Source of the DNA: a virus
Length of the DNA stretch: 64,000 bases
IMG/VR virus record: IMGVR_UViG_3300033146_004399
Location: 1-64,000 of that record
Reading direction: 5' to 3' (one strand)
The first letter of the stretch is position 1. The number at the start of each line of letters is the position of its first letter. Below the pieces are notes generated by a model. That model saw only the letters and a program-made list of their open reading frames with translations, did no database searches and had not been told where the DNA came from. The translations under genes and the position numbers were made by a program. Positions 20,124 through 28,762 of this stretch are shown here, piece after piece.

Positions 20124-20670
20124 AAAATATTCATATTCAGATATATATGACATTATATCTGATAAAATTATTGATGGTAAAATTATAGGGTGGTATCAAG
20201 GCAGAAGTGAATCTGGACCTAGAGCTTTGGGTAATCGTAGTATATTATGCGATCCGAGAGATCCAAAAATGAAAGATTATTTAAATGAAAGAATAAAACA
20301 TAGAGAAAACTTTAGGCCATTTGCGCCAACAATTATGAAAGATTATATTACAGAATGGTTTGAAGATATAGAAGAAGCTCCATATATGTTGAAAATTGCT
20401 AAATATATTAAAGGTATGGGTGAGAAAGTCCCGTCTGTTTGTCATATAGATTATACCGGAAGATTACAATCTATTACAGAAAATGATAATGTTTACTTTT
20501 ATAATTTAATAAAAACTTTTTACAATAAAACTGGTTGTCCAATATTATTAAATACATCATTTAATGATAACGGACAACCTATAATAGAAACGCCTGCAGA
20601 TGCTATACATACTTTTAATAATATCGATTTAGATTATTTAGTCTTGAAAAATTATATATTAACTAAATAA
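20113..20670 (+). CDS. Carbamoyltransferase, C-terminal (YrdC-like) domain
   Basis: GWYQGRSESGPRALGNRSIL; IKHRENFRPFAP; HIDYTGRLQ; LLNTSFN..GQPIIET. Confidence 0.9.
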   Translation: MNYKKYSYSDIYDIISDKIIDGKIIGWYQGRSESGPRALGNRSILCDPRDPKMKDYLNERIKHRENFRPFAPTIMKDYITEWFEDIEEAPYMLKIAKYIKGMGEKVPSVCHIDYTGRLQSITENDNVYFYNLIKTFYNKTGCPILLNTSFNDNGQPIIETPADAIHTFNNIDLDYLVLKNYILTK

Positions 20671-20671
20671 T

Positions 20672-21655
20672 TTAATTACGGCCTAAATTAATATTATCTA
20701 AATTATAAAATCCTAAACATGGGCCATTACACAAACCTTTATAAAATCTACATTCTAAACAAGGAGCTGGTGGTGTTATTATAGATTCTATTATTTTATA
20801 TCTAATAATAAGATCATTGGCTACTATATCGAGACTATCATATTTAGTAGAATCAACAGCTATAGTATCTTTTAATGGATAACAATAACTTACAGTATTA
20901 TCAGGAAAAATATCAGCTGGTACGCCATCCACACCGCACTTTAAACTAAGTCTATTTACAAATTTTTTAATATATTTATATTCTTCTTTGTTTTCGAACA
21001 TACATGGAAATAAAATGCAATCAATTGAAGGAGCAATTCCATTATGAACTGCTCCGCTCACAAGAGCTAAAACTATTTTACCTAATTCTTTATTATTTAT
21101 AAAGTAAAAATCTTCTTTATCCTCTTTATTTCCTGGAAAATTTATACTTATTCGCAGCCTTTCTAGAGCAGGCACATTATTTATTAAAAAATTTAAATAA
21201 TTTATATAATATTTTTTATCATTATTATATATAGTTAATCCAACAGATATATTTTCTTCCTGATCATTTGGATATGCTGCCTTATATAAAGCAGTGTAAT
21301 TTTTACTCCATAATTTTATTCTATTAAATTTATCTAAATCTGTAGCATTAACTAAATATTGAATATTAATTTTTTTACCAGCATCAATTAATAATTCTAA
21401 AATATCGTTGTTAAATAAAAAATTACTTATTAGTGTAAAAGGTCTATTTTTTTTAATTAAAAGTTCAACAAATTCTTTAAATAATGGATGCTGAGTCGGT
21501 TCACCCCCTAAAAGTTTAATTCTCGTATTTGTTTTATCAATTAAATTTTCAAATTGTTCTAAACTCATTGTACTATTAGGATTATTTTCTTTATTTTCAT
21601 GTGCAAAACAATATGGACAACCCTTGTTACAAGACGTGGTTAAAATAAAATTCAT
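20672..21655 (-). CDS. Radical SAM/SPASM protein
   Basis: CNKGCPYC; LLGGEPTQHP; C...ADIFPD..VSYCYP...CLECRF...CNGPC. Confidence 0.9.
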   Translation of the reverse strand: MNFILTTSCNKGCPYCFAHENKENNPNSTMSLEQFENLIDKTNTRIKLLGGEPTQHPLFKEFVELLIKKNRPFTLISNFLFNNDILELLIDAGKKINIQYLVNATDLDKFNRIKLWSKNYTALYKAAYPNDQEENISVGLTIYNNDKKYYINYLNFLINNVPALERLRISINFPGNKEDKEDFYFINNKELGKIVLALVSGAVHNGIAPSIDCILFPCMFENKEEYKYIKKFVNRLSLKCGVDGVPADIFPDNTVSYCYPLKDTIAVDSTKYDSLDIVANDLIIRYKIIESIITPPAPCLECRFYKGLCNGPCLGFYNLDNINLGRN

Positions 21656-21672
21656 ATTTTCTCCGTTATATA

Positions 21673-22290
21673 TTATATTTTCATTATAGATATTAATAAA
21701 GATTTCCGTAGACTCAAATTTACATTTTTATTTTGACCAAAAAACAATTTTTTACTAGATTTAAATAAAAATTCATTAGTATAGTCTAAATCAACAATAT
21801 CAAAATTATCATAATTAGTTTCAGCATTTTTTATATTATTATTAATTTTAAATATTTTAATAAAGTCTCCTATTAAAGGTATAACATGAAAGCCATAAAT
21901 CATATCTTCTATTTTATTTTTAATATGTGTTGTAATTAAATCTAAATGTTCATCTTTACTCTGTACTATTGAAAATACAAATTCGTATTTTGCATCGGTA
22001 GGAACATTAAAAAATGTTTTTAATACATTAACATATTTTTCATTATTTAAAAATAATGAAAATAAATTTTTATCCTCAACTTCAAGTCTATCAAGTTGAT
22101 TACTTGAAAATTTGAATTCTTTAAAAAACACAAGTGGTCCATTGATTCCGGATTTATATTTATTAATATTAATTGCATTAACTGCTGTTTTGATATCTTC
22201 ATTAATTAAATTTGTTGTTAAAAACTCTTTATCACTATTATTTAAAATATATTGTAATTTATCTGTTTCATCAACATTAAATATTTCCAT
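21673..22290 (-). CDS. Hypothetical protein within the rSAM operon
   Basis: 205-aa ORF, translationally coupled to the upstream rSAM; no motif recognised. Confidence 0.6.
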   Translation of the reverse strand: MEIFNVDETDKLQYILNNSDKEFLTTNLINEDIKTAVNAININKYKSGINGPLVFFKEFKFSSNQLDRLEVEDKNLFSLFLNNEKYVNVLKTFFNVPTDAKYEFVFSIVQSKDEHLDLITTHIKNKIEDMIYGFHVIPLIGDFIKIFKINNNIKNAETNYDNFDIVDLDYTNEFLFKSSKKLFFGQNKNVNLSLRKSLLISIMKI

Positions 22291-23618
22291 TATGTTCTCC
22301 TTTTAATCATTAAAGATTGATTAAAATTAATCCCCAAACTACTTTTAAAATTCGGATCAATCGAAATCTCAAATCCCCTATTTTTTAAATCATTAATAAA
22401 TTTACTTTTAGCCATATTAATAATATTAGTTTTAGCATTAAAATACCAAATACCATCATTATTTTTGTTGGTTTCATACATTCTTTCAAATAATTTTATT
22501 TCATTTTTTATTAGAAATGTATGTAAAGGTTTAAATATATTACAAACTAAATTATCTCTTATACCAAATTCACCATATTTACTATAATGAAAAGCTATAC
22601 AACCATGATCGCAAATATTGTCGGCTGGGCATAAATCACAACCCAAATCATGCACTAATTTATCTTTAATCTTTATTGTGCTGAAAAATCTTTTTATTTG
22701 TTTTAATTCTAAAAATTCATCATCTTTAACATTTTGAACAAATGTTTCTTCAAAATCTTGAGAATATCTACCGCAAAAATGTACATCTCCGTTGGGATTA
22801 ATTTCTATAATATGCATTCCGCCGCCGCATAATTTTAATCCACAATTACTTTTATGTTCTTCAATTATTAAATTACCACTAATTATTTTAGCGAAATGTC
22901 TTTTAACTATTGTTTCAATATTATCTTCAACAATAGTTTGATATTTACCGTTAATAAAATTATTTAGTATTGGTATCCATGCTTTATTTACAAAATCTTC
23001 TCCGGATACTTCACTATTGCCCACATTATTAACATCTTCTGCATAATTTACTTTAATACCTGAAATATTATATTTATTAAGAACATAATCTATACTTTCC
23101 TCAATATTTTTAATATTTGCTTGGTTTACCACTATTAAAAATCCATATTTAATATTAAACTCTTCTAACATTAAAAAATATTTTTCAAATTTATCGGTAT
23201 TTATTTCTGTTCTAGCAGAATTAGATTCTCTAATCCCATCAAACGATACTCCAACACTAACATCAAAATCATGTAATATTGTTAATAATTCTTTATTTAT
23301 TAAAGTAAGATTTGTTTGTATACCAAAATTATAAACAATATTATTTGCTTTAAAAGCTCGTGAAGAATACGATAAAAATTTCATAAACTTTTGTACACCT
23401 AATAATAATGGTTCACCCCCATGAAAAATTAAAGTAAATGTGCCATTATATTTGTTTTTTTTTCTATCACTAATAATTCTTTGTATAATAATTTTAAAAG
23501 TATCAAACTCCATCATTTCACCTTTAAAATTATCTTTATTTTTTACATAACAGTAAGAACATCTTAAATTGCAATCACGAGTGACTTTGAGTATTAACAT
23601 GTTTGTATTTCCAAACAT
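22290..23618 (-). CDS. Radical SAM/SPASM peptide maturase (anaerobic-sulfatase-maturase-like; resembles cyclophane-forming XyeB/GrrM/FxsB type)
   Basis: LILKVTRDCNLRCSYCY; IFHGGEPLL; IQTN; VSFDG; C..C....EINPNGDVHFC...CDLC....CDHGC...C. Confidence 0.85.
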   Translation of the reverse strand: MFGNTNMLILKVTRDCNLRCSYCYVKNKDNFKGEMMEFDTFKIIIQRIISDRKKNKYNGTFTLIFHGGEPLLLGVQKFMKFLSYSSRAFKANNIVYNFGIQTNLTLINKELLTILHDFDVSVGVSFDGIRESNSARTEINTDKFEKYFLMLEEFNIKYGFLIVVNQANIKNIEESIDYVLNKYNISGIKVNYAEDVNNVGNSEVSGEDFVNKAWIPILNNFINGKYQTIVEDNIETIVKRHFAKIISGNLIIEEHKSNCGLKLCGGGMHIIEINPNGDVHFCGRYSQDFEETFVQNVKDDEFLELKQIKRFFSTIKIKDKLVHDLGCDLCPADNICDHGCIAFHYSKYGEFGIRDNLVCNIFKPLHTFLIKNEIKLFERMYETNKNNDGIWYFNAKTNIINMAKSKFINDLKNRGFEISIDPNFKSSLGINFNQSLMIKRRT

Positions 23619-23824
23619 TATTTTTTCCTCTTAAGCATTTCTGCGTTTAATCCTTCGGTGAAAGCATCAAAACATTCACTACATAAAATTTCTGTAGTTG
23701 TTATATCCATATTCGGAATATGTTCCCAGGTATCGTCTGTTCTTATTCTTTGAGAATTGATATTAAAATTAACTTCAACCTTAATATTATTAAATTGTTT
23801 ACCGCAAAATGTACATTTTTCCAT
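23618..23824 (-). CDS. Small zinc-ribbon-like protein (CxxC...CxxC)
   Basis: 68 aa, CTFC and CSEC; sits between the repeat protein and an rSAM, with RBS GGAG. Confidence 0.6.
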   Translation of the reverse strand: MEKCTFCGKQFNNIKVEVNFNINSQRIRTDDTWEHIPNMDITTTEILCSECFDAFTEGLNAEMLKRKK

Positions 23825-23844
23825 TTTTTCTCCTATAAAATATA

Positions 23845-24768
23845 TTATATTGTATTTGCATAATTAGCATGATTAGTATAAGCCGCAGCTGTATAACTTA
23901 TTGTATTTGAATAAGAAGGATCAACATACCCAGCAAGTTCATCAGTTTTTATTTTTAAATTCTCCCAATCTGATTTAGTTATTATATCTCCAGGAGCTTT
24001 ATCAGCTAAGGCTGGGGTAGATGAGTCATCGTCACCTCTGATCTCAGCCCATAAACTATATAAACTATCTCTTAACGCAATATATTGATTATCTTCTACA
24101 AATTCAGGAGTAGCAGGATTTGCGTCGTTAAATTTTGCATCACCAACATTAGCAGAGGAAGCAGCAACATCAACAGAAGCATTCTGTTGACTTTTTATTG
24201 TACTTAAAATATTAATATTATCTCTAATATTTTTTATGGCTTCAATACCATCTGATATGAGGGTTGTATTTAAAACATTTTCAGTCCAAGGTTCACTCCA
24301 AGTTAATGTTTGGGCGTTACCACTATCTTGATTAGCATAATTGACATGATTTGTATAATCTTGAGAAGTATTACAGTTATCTGACGCATTATTATAATAT
24401 GTCGAGCATGCATTATTTGAATTTGAATAGGATGTCGAGCATGCATTATTTGAATTTGAATGGGATGTTGAACAATAATTATTTGTATTCGCGTGGTATG
24501 TTGAACAATAATTATTTGAATTCGCGTGGGACGTCGACCAACTATTATCATGAGATGTTGCACAGGCATTATTTGAATTTGAATAGGATGTCGAGCATGC
24601 ATTATTTGAATTTGAATGGGATGTTGAACAATAATTATTTGTATTCCCGTAGTATGTTGAACAATAATTATTTGAATTCGAATATGCGACGTTACACACG
24701 TTTGTGTAATCTGTATATACTATACCTGTTGTACAATTATTATAATCGAAATATTCATTATAAGCCAC
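23845..24768 (-). CDS. Putative radical SAM modification target: 11-aa Cys/[Y,H]-x-N repeat protein with a non-repetitive C-terminal domain
   Basis: Cys at residues 12, 25, 36, 47, 58, 69, 88, 99, 110, 121, 132; unit CSTx[YH]xN[ST]NN[YA]; YTN-HVN-YAN and terminal YTN-HAN-YAN; RBS GGAG; flanked by rSAM/SPASM genes. Confidence 0.8.
   Translation of the reverse strand: MAYNEYFDYNNCTTGIVYTDYTNVCNVAYSNSNNYCSTYYGNTNNYCSTSHSNSNNACSTSYSNSNNACATSHDNSWSTSHANSNNYCSTYHANTNNYCSTSHSNSNNACSTSYSNSNNACSTYYNNASDNCNTSQDYTNHVNYANQDSGNAQTLTWSEPWTENVLNTTLISDGIEAIKNIRDNINILSTIKSQQNASVDVAASSANVGDAKFNDANPATPEFVEDNQYIALRDSLYSLWAEIRGDDDSSTPALADKAPGDIITKSDWENLKIKTDELAGYVDPSYSNTISYTAAAYTNHANYANTI
24373..24696 (-). repeat. 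33-bp coding tandem repeats including an exact 81-bp duplication
   Basis: 24410-24490 is identical to 24566-24646 (offset 156 bp = 52 aa). Confidence 0.9.
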
Positions 24769-24778
24769 GTTAATTCTC

Positions 24779-25849
24779 CTAAGTTCTAAAAATTTTATTT
24801 AATATTAAATTTATCTTACATAAAACAGGAGAAATAATGTTATAATTTCCAGAATTTATTCGCATAGCTGCTAAGCATCCCCCCTTACACCAATCTACAG
24901 CAGGGCATGTTTCACAAATTTTATTAATTTTAAACTTATCGATATTAACTCTTTCTGTAAGTTTTGAATAATATTCATTATTATAATAACCGGTATATAT
25001 ATCACCGTAAAACTCGTTATAATTATCATCAAAATCTTTCATTTTAGGAACTAACTGGTGACAAAAGAATAATTTACCATTGGGGGCAATAGTTGTCACG
25101 GAATTTGGTTTATGACAAAAATTTTGTTGCATATAAAAATTATTATTTAATATACGATTTATTGCGTCAACATATGGCGGTAACTTCTTAATTTTAAACA
25201 ATGATGTTAATTGTTTTTCTATTGATGTATATGCTTCATCTGTATATTCAACATTAAAATTATATAATATATTAACATTTACTCCAAGACTAATTAAAAA
25301 TTCATAACTTTCTTCTAAATATTGATAATTATTATTACTAACCACCATAAGAACTGTCGGTATTATACCGATATATTTAAATTTAGAAATTAATTCTGGA
25401 AATATTTTCATTGTTTGATCCCAACTGCCAGTGTTATTTTGTGTTATTCTGTTGATATCGTGTGATTTTCGAGTACCATCTAAAGATATAATTGGATATA
25501 TTTTATGTTTTAACATAAATTCAATCATATCACTATTTAATAACAATAAATTTGAATTCATAGTATATTTAAATTTATTGTTTAAAGATTTTTCAACGAA
25601 TTTTTTTATAAATTCCCAGTTCATAGTAGGTTCACCACCAAAAAAACTTATCGACGGTGATTCAGAGCACGTTTCTTTAATAAATAAAAGTATATCATCG
25701 ATCATGTCTAACTGCATAGTATAATTATAGTTACATATTGTACGGTCTGAGAATGCGTCATCAAAGCAATATTTACATCTTAAATTACAATTTTCAGTTA
25801 ATATTAACTCATAATAATTTATAGATAAATTTTTCGGTTTATTAATCAT
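24779..25849 (-). CDS. Radical SAM/SPASM peptide maturase-like protein
   Basis: CNLRCKYC; FFGGEPTMN; ISLDG; FC...TIAPNGKLFFCHQ...CETC...WCKGGC...C. Confidence 0.9.
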   Translation of the reverse strand: MINKPKNLSINYYELILTENCNLRCKYCFDDAFSDRTICNYNYTMQLDMIDDILLFIKETCSESPSISFFGGEPTMNWEFIKKFVEKSLNNKFKYTMNSNLLLLNSDMIEFMLKHKIYPIISLDGTRKSHDINRITQNNTGSWDQTMKIFPELISKFKYIGIIPTVLMVVSNNNYQYLEESYEFLISLGVNVNILYNFNVEYTDEAYTSIEKQLTSLFKIKKLPPYVDAINRILNNNFYMQQNFCHKPNSVTTIAPNGKLFFCHQLVPKMKDFDDNYNEFYGDIYTGYYNNEYYSKLTERVNIDKFKINKICETCPAVDWCKGGCLAAMRINSGNYNIISPVLCKINLILNKIFRT

Positions 25850-25851
25850 TT

Positions 25852-26760
25852 TTATTCCTTTATTGGTATTAAGTCTAAATTATTTTTATATTTTTCATAG
25901 TATTCTTTCCATACTCCAATGCAACGTTTATTATAGATGCAATCTTCACATGTTTTTGGCTTTCTATATTCTTCACGAATAAGTTTATTGTAATCTTCAA
26001 TGGCAACATCATTAATAGCATGGTCATGGCCTCTATTACCATTAGATAATAATCTATCTCCATCAGAATAATATACTTGATTTACATATGGATGAATATA
26101 ACACAATGGTATCGCTTCAACATATAATAAATTACCATATTTTTCAAAACATTGATGTATTGATTTTTTTATAGTAATGTATTGAGGGACAACAACATCA
26201 ATGTTTGTAAATGCGTTACCATTAGGATGCGGAAATGTCATATTCATAGCATTTATTCCTAAAACATTATGTATAAAATCATATGTTTTTAATAAATTAT
26301 CCACGTTCATTTTAGATAAAACTGTTTGCGAATTTATGATAGAATTTGTTTTATATTTATTTAAATATTTAATACCTTGTATTGTTTCGGCCCAACTACC
26401 TTTTCTATCCGTAATAGCATCATGTATAAATTCATTATGAGAATGAATAGCTATTAAATAATAATCTATATATTTTACAGATTCTTTTGTGAATTCTTCA
26501 TCATTAAAACGTCTCCCATTAGTTTGTAATATTATTGGACTTTTAGTTTCTTCTTTTATATATTTTATTATTTCTATAAAATCTTTTCGTATAGTTGGTT
26601 CTCCGCCTGTTATTACAATTCTTTCACCTGGTTTTACTTCTTTATATATAATATCTTTTATTTGTTGCGTTGATAAATTTCCAGAATTAATTTTATCAGT
26701 TATTACGCAATGAACGCAATTATTATTACAAGAAAAACCAACTTTTAAATCAAACGACAT
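25852..26760 (-). CDS. Radical SAM protein, HxsC-like (His-Xaa-Ser system maturase type)
   Basis: CNNNCVHC; ITGGEPT; LQTNGRRF; HDAIT..KGSW.ETIQGI; EAIPLC; K...CEDC.....CIGVW..Y tail. Confidence 0.75.
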   Translation of the reverse strand: MSFDLKVGFSCNNNCVHCVITDKINSGNLSTQQIKDIIYKEVKPGERIVITGGEPTIRKDFIEIIKYIKEETKSPIILQTNGRRFNDEEFTKESVKYIDYYLIAIHSHNEFIHDAITDRKGSWAETIQGIKYLNKYKTNSIINSQTVLSKMNVDNLLKTYDFIHNVLGINAMNMTFPHPNGNAFTNIDVVVPQYITIKKSIHQCFEKYGNLLYVEAIPLCYIHPYVNQVYYSDGDRLLSNGNRGHDHAINDVAIEDYNKLIREEYRKPKTCEDCIYNKRCIGVWKEYYEKYKNNLDLIPIKE

Positions 26761-26770
26761 TTTGTCTCCT

Positions 26771-28762
26771 TTAATATGCTATTTTTATATCTTTATCATA
26801 TAAATTAGAAATAATAATTTCATCAAGTTTTTGTTTGCCTTGTTGATAAGTATTAAATATGTCAATTAATTTATATAGTCCACCAGATATATTATAATGT
26901 TCATTTGTTACAAAACTTTTTTGTTTTTGAAACATCGAATAATAATTAAAAATTATACTATTTTCAACAAATTGTACTATAGATATATTTTTATTTTTAT
27001 CTGATTGTAAATTCATATTATATGCTACAAAAAAATCTGTATTCATTTGAAGGTTAATATATTTTTTTAATTCTTTCATATATATATCAGTTAAGTTTTT
27101 TCTTTTATAAAATGGTAATGCGTTATATAGCCCTTGAACTTCACCCAACGTCTGAATGGTTTTCATAAAAACACCAGAAGTGGTGGTATGAAAATTATTA
27201 TTTATAAAATTTAATACATCATCTTCAAAATTTTGAATAATTATTTCTGTATCAAGTTTATTATTATCTAAATTATAACGGGCTTGAATAATATGCGTTG
27301 CGCTAATTAACGATATTAATCGTTGCAACGAATGCTGGTGAGCTATATCTTTAATTTTAAACATATTTTTAATTATTAAATTTGACTTTTTTAATATATA
27401 TTCAATATAATAATTATTGTGTTTCCACTTATATGTATTTACAATATTCCTAGTAAATACATATAAAAATTTAGTTAAACTTACAATTTTTAAATTTAAT
27501 TGCCAATTAATATCTTTTAATTCTGATTCGTCAAATGATTTCCCATTATTTATATAATTTATTGTTAACCTTATAAATGGAGATTTATTACTCATTTCGT
27601 CCATATGAAATCTATTTTTCATTGTAAAAAAATTATTATTAATATTGTATTTATTTAAAAATATTTCATAATCTTTGTCATTATTTAATTTATCTAATTT
27701 TAATGTAGATAAGTATTCATTAGTTAAAAATTTATAAGCTAAATCATCTTTATATTCTATATCTGGATATATATGTATAAAATGTTTTAATATAATTTGT
27801 TTAAAATAATTTACAAAATAAATATCAACGCTATTGCATTCTTTTATAAATTCATTTAATCCTTTTATCATTAACACATACATTTTATAGTTGTATGATA
27901 AATAAAATATTCGTATAAATATTTTATTATAATGTATAAAATTATCATCATGTAATATCATTTTATCTAGTAAATATTGCATCATGGCCATAATATATTC
28001 TATATTTTTATATTGAAATAAATATGTAAACTGTCTATCATCTTGCAATTTATTTGCCAAATCTATATAATTTATATCTTCTATATTTTCCATAATAGAA
28101 TAAGGTTCAATATCGAAAAATTTAAACACATAATCAATATGAGATTTGTAATTATATTTAAATTCTTTATTAAACCAATACATGATATTATCGCTATCAA
28201 CTTCATTTACATAATTAATGTTATTTTCTTTTAATAAATTTTTAAGATATTCTGCATAATATTGATTGTTTCCAGTTATTTTATATTCTTTATTTTCAAC
28301 TTTAAAATTTTGTAACTTAGTAAAAGTTAAAGTATCAACATTAATATGTATATTTTTTTTATTTGATGTAGTATTATCGGTATAAGGTAATAAGTCAAAT
28401 AAATCAATAATAAATTTATTTTTAATGTTAATTTCATCAAAATGAGTAATCTTATTTTTAAATATAATATTATCCATTTTAGTTTTAATAAACATTACAA
28501 CAGAATTTATTTTTGATTCAACAAATATATTATAATTAATAATAATGTCGGTAATTTCTATTTGGTCTGTTATATTAAAAATAGAATCATATAGCTCTTT
28601 ATTATAATTGTTTGTATTTAAAATAGATTTAACCCATTTAATATCAACGTTATAATAATATAAAATATCATTAAACAATTTAAAAATATTTATATTAAAA
28701 ATATTTTTATCAGTTTTACGAGTTGTTAAAATATTTTTATTATTTTTATTAAAACTATACAT
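26771..28762 (-). CDS. Large hypothetical protein, paralog of 28755-30587
   Basis: 663-aa ORF; C-terminal half aligns by eye with the neighbour (IEYI...QR.ISL...RYN.DN.K.D...Q.LYNA). Confidence 0.65.
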   Translation of the reverse strand: MYSFNKNNKNILTTRKTDKNIFNINIFKLFNDILYYYNVDIKWVKSILNTNNYNKELYDSIFNITDQIEITDIIINYNIFVESKINSVVMFIKTKMDNIIFKNKITHFDEINIKNKFIIDLFDLLPYTDNTTSNKKNIHINVDTLTFTKLQNFKVENKEYKITGNNQYYAEYLKNLLKENNINYVNEVDSDNIMYWFNKEFKYNYKSHIDYVFKFFDIEPYSIMENIEDINYIDLANKLQDDRQFTYLFQYKNIEYIMAMMQYLLDKMILHDDNFIHYNKIFIRIFYLSYNYKMYVLMIKGLNEFIKECNSVDIYFVNYFKQIILKHFIHIYPDIEYKDDLAYKFLTNEYLSTLKLDKLNNDKDYEIFLNKYNINNNFFTMKNRFHMDEMSNKSPFIRLTINYINNGKSFDESELKDINWQLNLKIVSLTKFLYVFTRNIVNTYKWKHNNYYIEYILKKSNLIIKNMFKIKDIAHQHSLQRLISLISATHIIQARYNLDNNKLDTEIIIQNFEDDVLNFINNNFHTTTSGVFMKTIQTLGEVQGLYNALPFYKRKNLTDIYMKELKKYINLQMNTDFFVAYNMNLQSDKNKNISIVQFVENSIIFNYYSMFQKQKSFVTNEHYNISGGLYKLIDIFNTYQQGKQKLDEIIISNLYDKDIKIAY

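Noticed and set aside
24410-24646. Possible DGR template/variable repeat pair
   Set aside because: The two copies are identical over 81 bp within one gene, show no adenine-specific pattern, and no reverse transcriptase is in the window.
24303-24773. Alternative-frame and antisense ORFs over the Cys/Asn repeats (24303-24602 -, 24351-24773 +)
   Set aside because: They are shadows of the 33-bp coding repeat; no RBS, and they overlap the better-supported gene.
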